Assembly: GCA_965285935.1 (NCBI GenBank)
Contig: OZ260661.1
Location: forward strand, 47,244,001-47,308,000
DNA length: 64,000 bases
Source: Ophelia neglecta
Lineage: Eukaryota
Direction: 5' to 3'
Program-made: the position numbers and the translations under genes
In this document: positions 62,001 through 64,000 of the stretch, in pieces
How positions within the stretch are numbered: position 1 is the stretch's first letter
How the letters are laid out: each line of letters begins with the position of its first letter
The notes under the pieces: generated by a model
Told to the model about the DNA's origin: nothing
Databases searched by the model: none
The model's input: only the letters and a program-made list of their open reading frames with translations

Positions 62001-63757
62001 TACCAAAGAGAAATCAAAGTAAAAATGGAATACACTTCAAATACGTTACTTGTAACAGACTGTATTTCATCAGGGGTCTACACTAACTATTGCCCGACGT
62101 CCCGGGGCACCTCCAATCTGCATGAGGGCACAAAAGTTTTAGTTACTAACTTCCCGCCGGGCAACCTGCTAAAATTCCCCAAATCCCCGATTGTTGGAGA
62201 TCTTGTATATTTTATATGTACAGTGAAACCTGGAAATTAGGGACAGGCAAGGGACTGTGTTAAAGTGCCCTGTTTTCTAAGGTGCCCCTAATTTCAAGGT
62301 TATTTTACATATAAAACTATACGTTGGGTCCTAATGTAGCTGTCCCTAATTATCAGGTGCCCCTAATTTCCAGGTGCCCTTAAGACCAGGTTCACTGTAC
62401 CAATATTTTTGGGACAGTAAGCCTATGGTGTGGGCAAGTAGTTTCCTGGGTCAACTCGCGCGGGTGCTAACTCGCGCGGGACACAACTTGCGCGGGTGCC
62501 AAGTCGCACGAGGTTATTATCACAGTTTTTGTTTTGGATGGTTAACTTGTCGTAGTCGTGGAGGGCATAAAAACTAACTTGTGGTCATTTTACCGCCAGA
62601 TAGATCGCGATATTTAAAAAAAATATATATATATTATTGCTCATTCCCATTTCACAGTGCTTTCTATACTCAGATATAATATGTAGGGCGACCACGCATG
62701 GCACTCGATGGCAAGTTCGCTAGTCACCATAGGGCTTCATCGGCAAACAGGCCGACTTGTATAAAGGGTGACTACGTTTAGTGGCGAGTAATGGTTTCTA
62801 TTTGTTTCTTTTATATTAACAAATCATAATGGGAGTTATGGATGTCTTGTCAACATGTCAAACATACTAAACTAACGTTATATTAAAACAAGCCCGCGCG
62901 AGTTGCCTGCCGTGCGAGTTGGCATAGAACGTCGTGCGAGTTGGCAACCGTGCGAGTTGACCCGGGACCGTTTCCTGGTGCTACTTGCCCTCAGGGCAAG
63001 TGCTGAGAAAAGTTAGTGTAGACCCCTGTTATGGTAAGAATAACAAAAATAGACCAAACTCAAGAATGGTGTCTCAAATAATATTCAGTAAATTCAGGGT
63101 TACTTTTATTATTTAAAAAAATGTGGTGCTCTTGTGCCCATTCTTCTCATGTTTGCCGCCTTTTTTATGATAAAAGAAGGCATTTTCTTAACACATAACT
63201 TTATACATGTATTGAAATCAAGGCAGGATATATTTTCTCATTATATAGGCAGGGCCATATAGGCCTATATATATGGATTGAGTAGATGTTTAACTGAATA
63301 TTCAGTAAAATCACCTAGAAATGCACATTTTTGCTAACATATCAGTTGGATTAGTAAAATTCTACTGTAAATTTGAGCGAGAAAATACTTCTTAGTACTT
63401 GAACAAATGAAGTAGACTAGCCTATAAAAAAAAACAAGACATGCTTGTAGTGTGGCAGCTAGGCTAGGGGGGGGGGTGTGTGGATGGGTGGGTGGTGCAC
63501 GAGTTCCGAGTGCTCTGTTCTCACGAATATCTGTTATCGAGAGGACCTGGTATCGCACTTCGGTTTGAAGGTCTTCACCAGGTAACATGCAACCTGGTCA
63601 CTGTGCCTGTTGATTTCAACAGCAGTTCAGTTGCTCGACAAAAATCACGGTCAAGTGATTGAGCAACCAGGAAATGCCTTAGTGGAATCAGAATTTGATA
63701 CAAATACTCACTGTGAGTTTGGCAATAAACCTCTTCAATTGGTGTAATCGATGACAT
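41045..63757 (-). CDS. TTF2: Transcription termination factor 2 (SNF2-family ATPase, lodestar homolog), 23 coding exons
   Basis: Minus-strand exons 63757-63712, 61968-61860, 61356-61267, 60797-60722, 60481-59408, 58894-58676, 58450-58336, 58072-57973, 57504-57365, 56938-56828, 56367-56214, 56095-55981, 55824-55634, 55389-55325, 55224-55133, 54524-54433, 54137-53972, 53695-53570, 53098-52946, 52115-52048, 51786-51633, 51420-51338, 41309-41045, all phases consistent. N-terminal GRF-like finger [14 protein letters not shown], Walker [53 protein letters not shown]|[17 protein letters not shown]. Confidence 0.96.
41883..44102 (+). CDS. Uncharacterised repeat-containing protein with C-terminal GIY-YIG-like nuclease domain (paralog A, 4 repeats), nested antisense in the TTF2 last intron
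   Basis: Uninterrupted 739-codon ORF from the ATG at 41883 (the ORF track starts at an upstream TTG). Four ~85-90 aa repeats, then TVYYLVIY...[18 protein letters not shown]...VEQELI..RGLN. Clearly homologous to 48490-50256. Confidence 0.85.
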   Translation: MASAQQFWVDFTEQDLDLLQTQIYDFVYCVGEEKYGEKYIMGQLAKKNISGLVRAIRDGLTVECLADLNNYFLNKFILEGFELYQHRINWSFLENHNPGDQDEDFYQFVAREFELSKADTCTDGQSHALTTPRITIDHRFTKKEKSKTQMMEYLVDFSMYHDTEEIKFQLRDFITAVGKQKFTNYQLSYNIDIQIYDLMNPKKYAQDSKHVILGPEELTYHFKNKFVIDAFKHVSNDIKWMDEELLYGPHNCHIDFSVEGDVAQEKMFQSIRDFIYHEQNHWGLSQPQIDNVYKNLSHAILSKLYNKHPDYVFSSPADLKTWVHHDAVLNSFIRYFRKIRWASPVMKFVRNYEDAGETHVILVNFYTDDLEYLRGQLDSFATRAGKQFYDPLYLRSPTIEGQIDRLLDPRYYMQSREHTIRQPSDLARFFTQNFMQKAFCSYRDSINWIADKFEQGDMPYKHLPPDYFLRPPEPPFERVSDRSVLVKKASWLVSPFARKLLMQEELFSLIDQISAISSPIQLIPPIYALENKDHWSQTLLAVNVQGIKPYKTRVDFPSWINDNMTVSFAGKKMGLRTFLHHPSHCRFRQTYNVKQDYLTATNTVYYLVIYVPEFEARKNMPFYGREPSAYQIYIGEARKGVLDRWINQRYAHCRVTKRLLQHHSLQKSLGKGFIAYEPGPNDTNAQLPQCLLALAHVKSYPTALFVLNSCYNVEQMHNVEQELIDLHHARDMTRGLNQI
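45000..46150. promoter_or_regulatory. CpG-enriched island inside the TTF2 intron; candidate promoter / first exon of paralog B
   Basis: CpG density is visibly higher than in flanking intron DNA, with CACGTG, TGACGT and TGACTCA motifs. It lies upstream of the splice acceptor at 48480. A transposon origin is not excluded. Confidence 0.35.
48490..50256 (+). CDS. Uncharacterised repeat-containing protein with C-terminal GIY-YIG-like nuclease domain (paralog B, 3 repeats), nested antisense in the TTF2 last intron
   Basis: Uninterrupted 588-codon ORF with ACCATGG Kozak context, 9 nt after a TTTTCAG acceptor ending at 48480. Three repeats, then TVYCLVVY...[18 protein letters not shown]...YEQEMI..FGLN. 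AATAAA at ~50812. Confidence 0.85.
   Translation: MGLNYLIDFTKMSSLKGQLIEFIEVAGEKQYGRKYHGISRLAVRSVESLVEEIEKDGLEVHGIPDLKTFFSQIYILKRFFELQSKIKWYPKRRNGYLVDFTQFWDLLEIKLELTRLVERIGRELDPVGFKVPDNVIKGIDQLLDPNLYGHTHGLLMRTPKDFDDLLPKYIIEGLEEYENQIKWMGRDTNHTREMLAIEKKYRIDFTLVHDLDNMRLQLDAFLLIAGKEECGCYYFLSNTILRETDKLLDKRYYGKTFEHNITRPDDLDAFFKQRYARRAFRKYINEIKWAKPLARASRYLPYEYFYFPLSRPPMPRVPRFINPMIQKESWKMSALERKKVLQEELYYHVRNIPFAIRSPIQALPPVYARKQISDTGDSWWSSQCCYDSSISRFTMISTDHQFPSWLSDKWKSIEYRGLEMGHRSFLHHAIHSTFPKPSHLEYKFTVYCLVVYVTDFERYQLVNYCAPGDGSSGPSPYQVYIGRAKNGLMDRWYDQPYSHTRVTKRLITQMKGLLETGRPFKAYSPGSEHIGTAQLPQIMIALAKAKFYPHALFVLKTCENEIEMDEYEQEMIKATKANDMRFGLNVML
56408..56580. mobile_element. Degenerate MITE related to the CAGTGAAACC family
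   Basis: TA-CAGGGAAACC at the left and GTTTCACT at the right, with internal TAAGGTCACC repeats and AGTCCCTTG. Confidence 0.5.
58954..59114. mobile_element. Inverted copy of the CAGTGGTCC MITE
   Basis: ATCCAAGGAAAAGTGGCCCTACATTACAGGTGGCCCTTC is essentially the reverse complement of 10305-10345. TA flanks on both sides. Confidence 0.75.
62221..62397. mobile_element. CAGTGAAACCTG-type MITE with TA TSD, nested
   Basis: TA-CAGTGAAACCTGG...CCAGGTTCACTG-TA. The empty site TATGTACA is seen in the 13304 copy. Confidence 0.88.
62441..62969. mobile_element. 529-bp foldback-like element with inverted arrays of (C)AACTCGCGCGG / CCGTGCGAGTTG subterminal repeats, nested
   Basis: The left end TCCTGGGTCAACTCGC is inverted-complementary to the right end GCGAGTTGACCCGGGA, with about four short repeats per side. 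It is absent from the 13304 copy of the host MITE. Confidence 0.85.
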
Positions 63758-64000
63758 AACTAAAGCCACAGATCTGATCTGTGTCAAAATTGTCAAATTA
63801 GTTACTATAAACTCGAAGGCTGGAAGGTTTGATTGTGCTTTGCTATATATATGTATGTGTAATGCTGATCAATGTGTATTTTGAACTCCCGGTTCTCAAT
63901 GAATGAAGAACTGGCCAATCACACGGGAGATTACATATAGTTGCCCTTGACCTTTGAGGGCAAACGGTAGGTTCTTTATCTCGTACAAGTAAAATCTCGA

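Larger units (their letters stand above)
62071..63028. mobile_element. Inverted copy of the 250-bp CAGGGG MITE interrupted by two nested insertions
   Basis: Both TIRs are present. Removing 62221-62397 (plus the TA duplication) and 62441-62969 leaves exactly 250 bp matching 13304-13553. Confidence 0.9.

Overview
AT-rich, intron-rich animal DNA, probably a lophotrochozoan such as a mollusc (inferred from the Meta-type SINE and HINE-like repeats). I rebuilt five conserved spliced genes by hand with consistent splice phases: ELMOD3 (+), SNRNP27 (+), CHMP7 (-), ZFYVE28/LST2 (+, head-to-head with CHMP7) and TTF2 (-). The standout is the 10-kb last intron of TTF2 (41310-51337). It carries, on the opposite strand, two intact paralogous genes with single-exon ORFs (41883-44102 and 48490-50256). 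Each encodes 3-4 copies of an ~85-90 aa repeat I do not recognise, a conserved His-containing middle domain and a C-terminal GIY-YIG-type nuclease domain with the catalytic residues apparently intact. No reverse transcriptase, transposase or terminal repeats flank them. Introns and spacers hold many non-autonomous elements: TA-targeting MITEs, a HINE/Helentron-like element, a tRNA-derived SINE, an ISL2EU-like relic and a nested MITE stack. All family assignments come from motif recognition; no database search was run.
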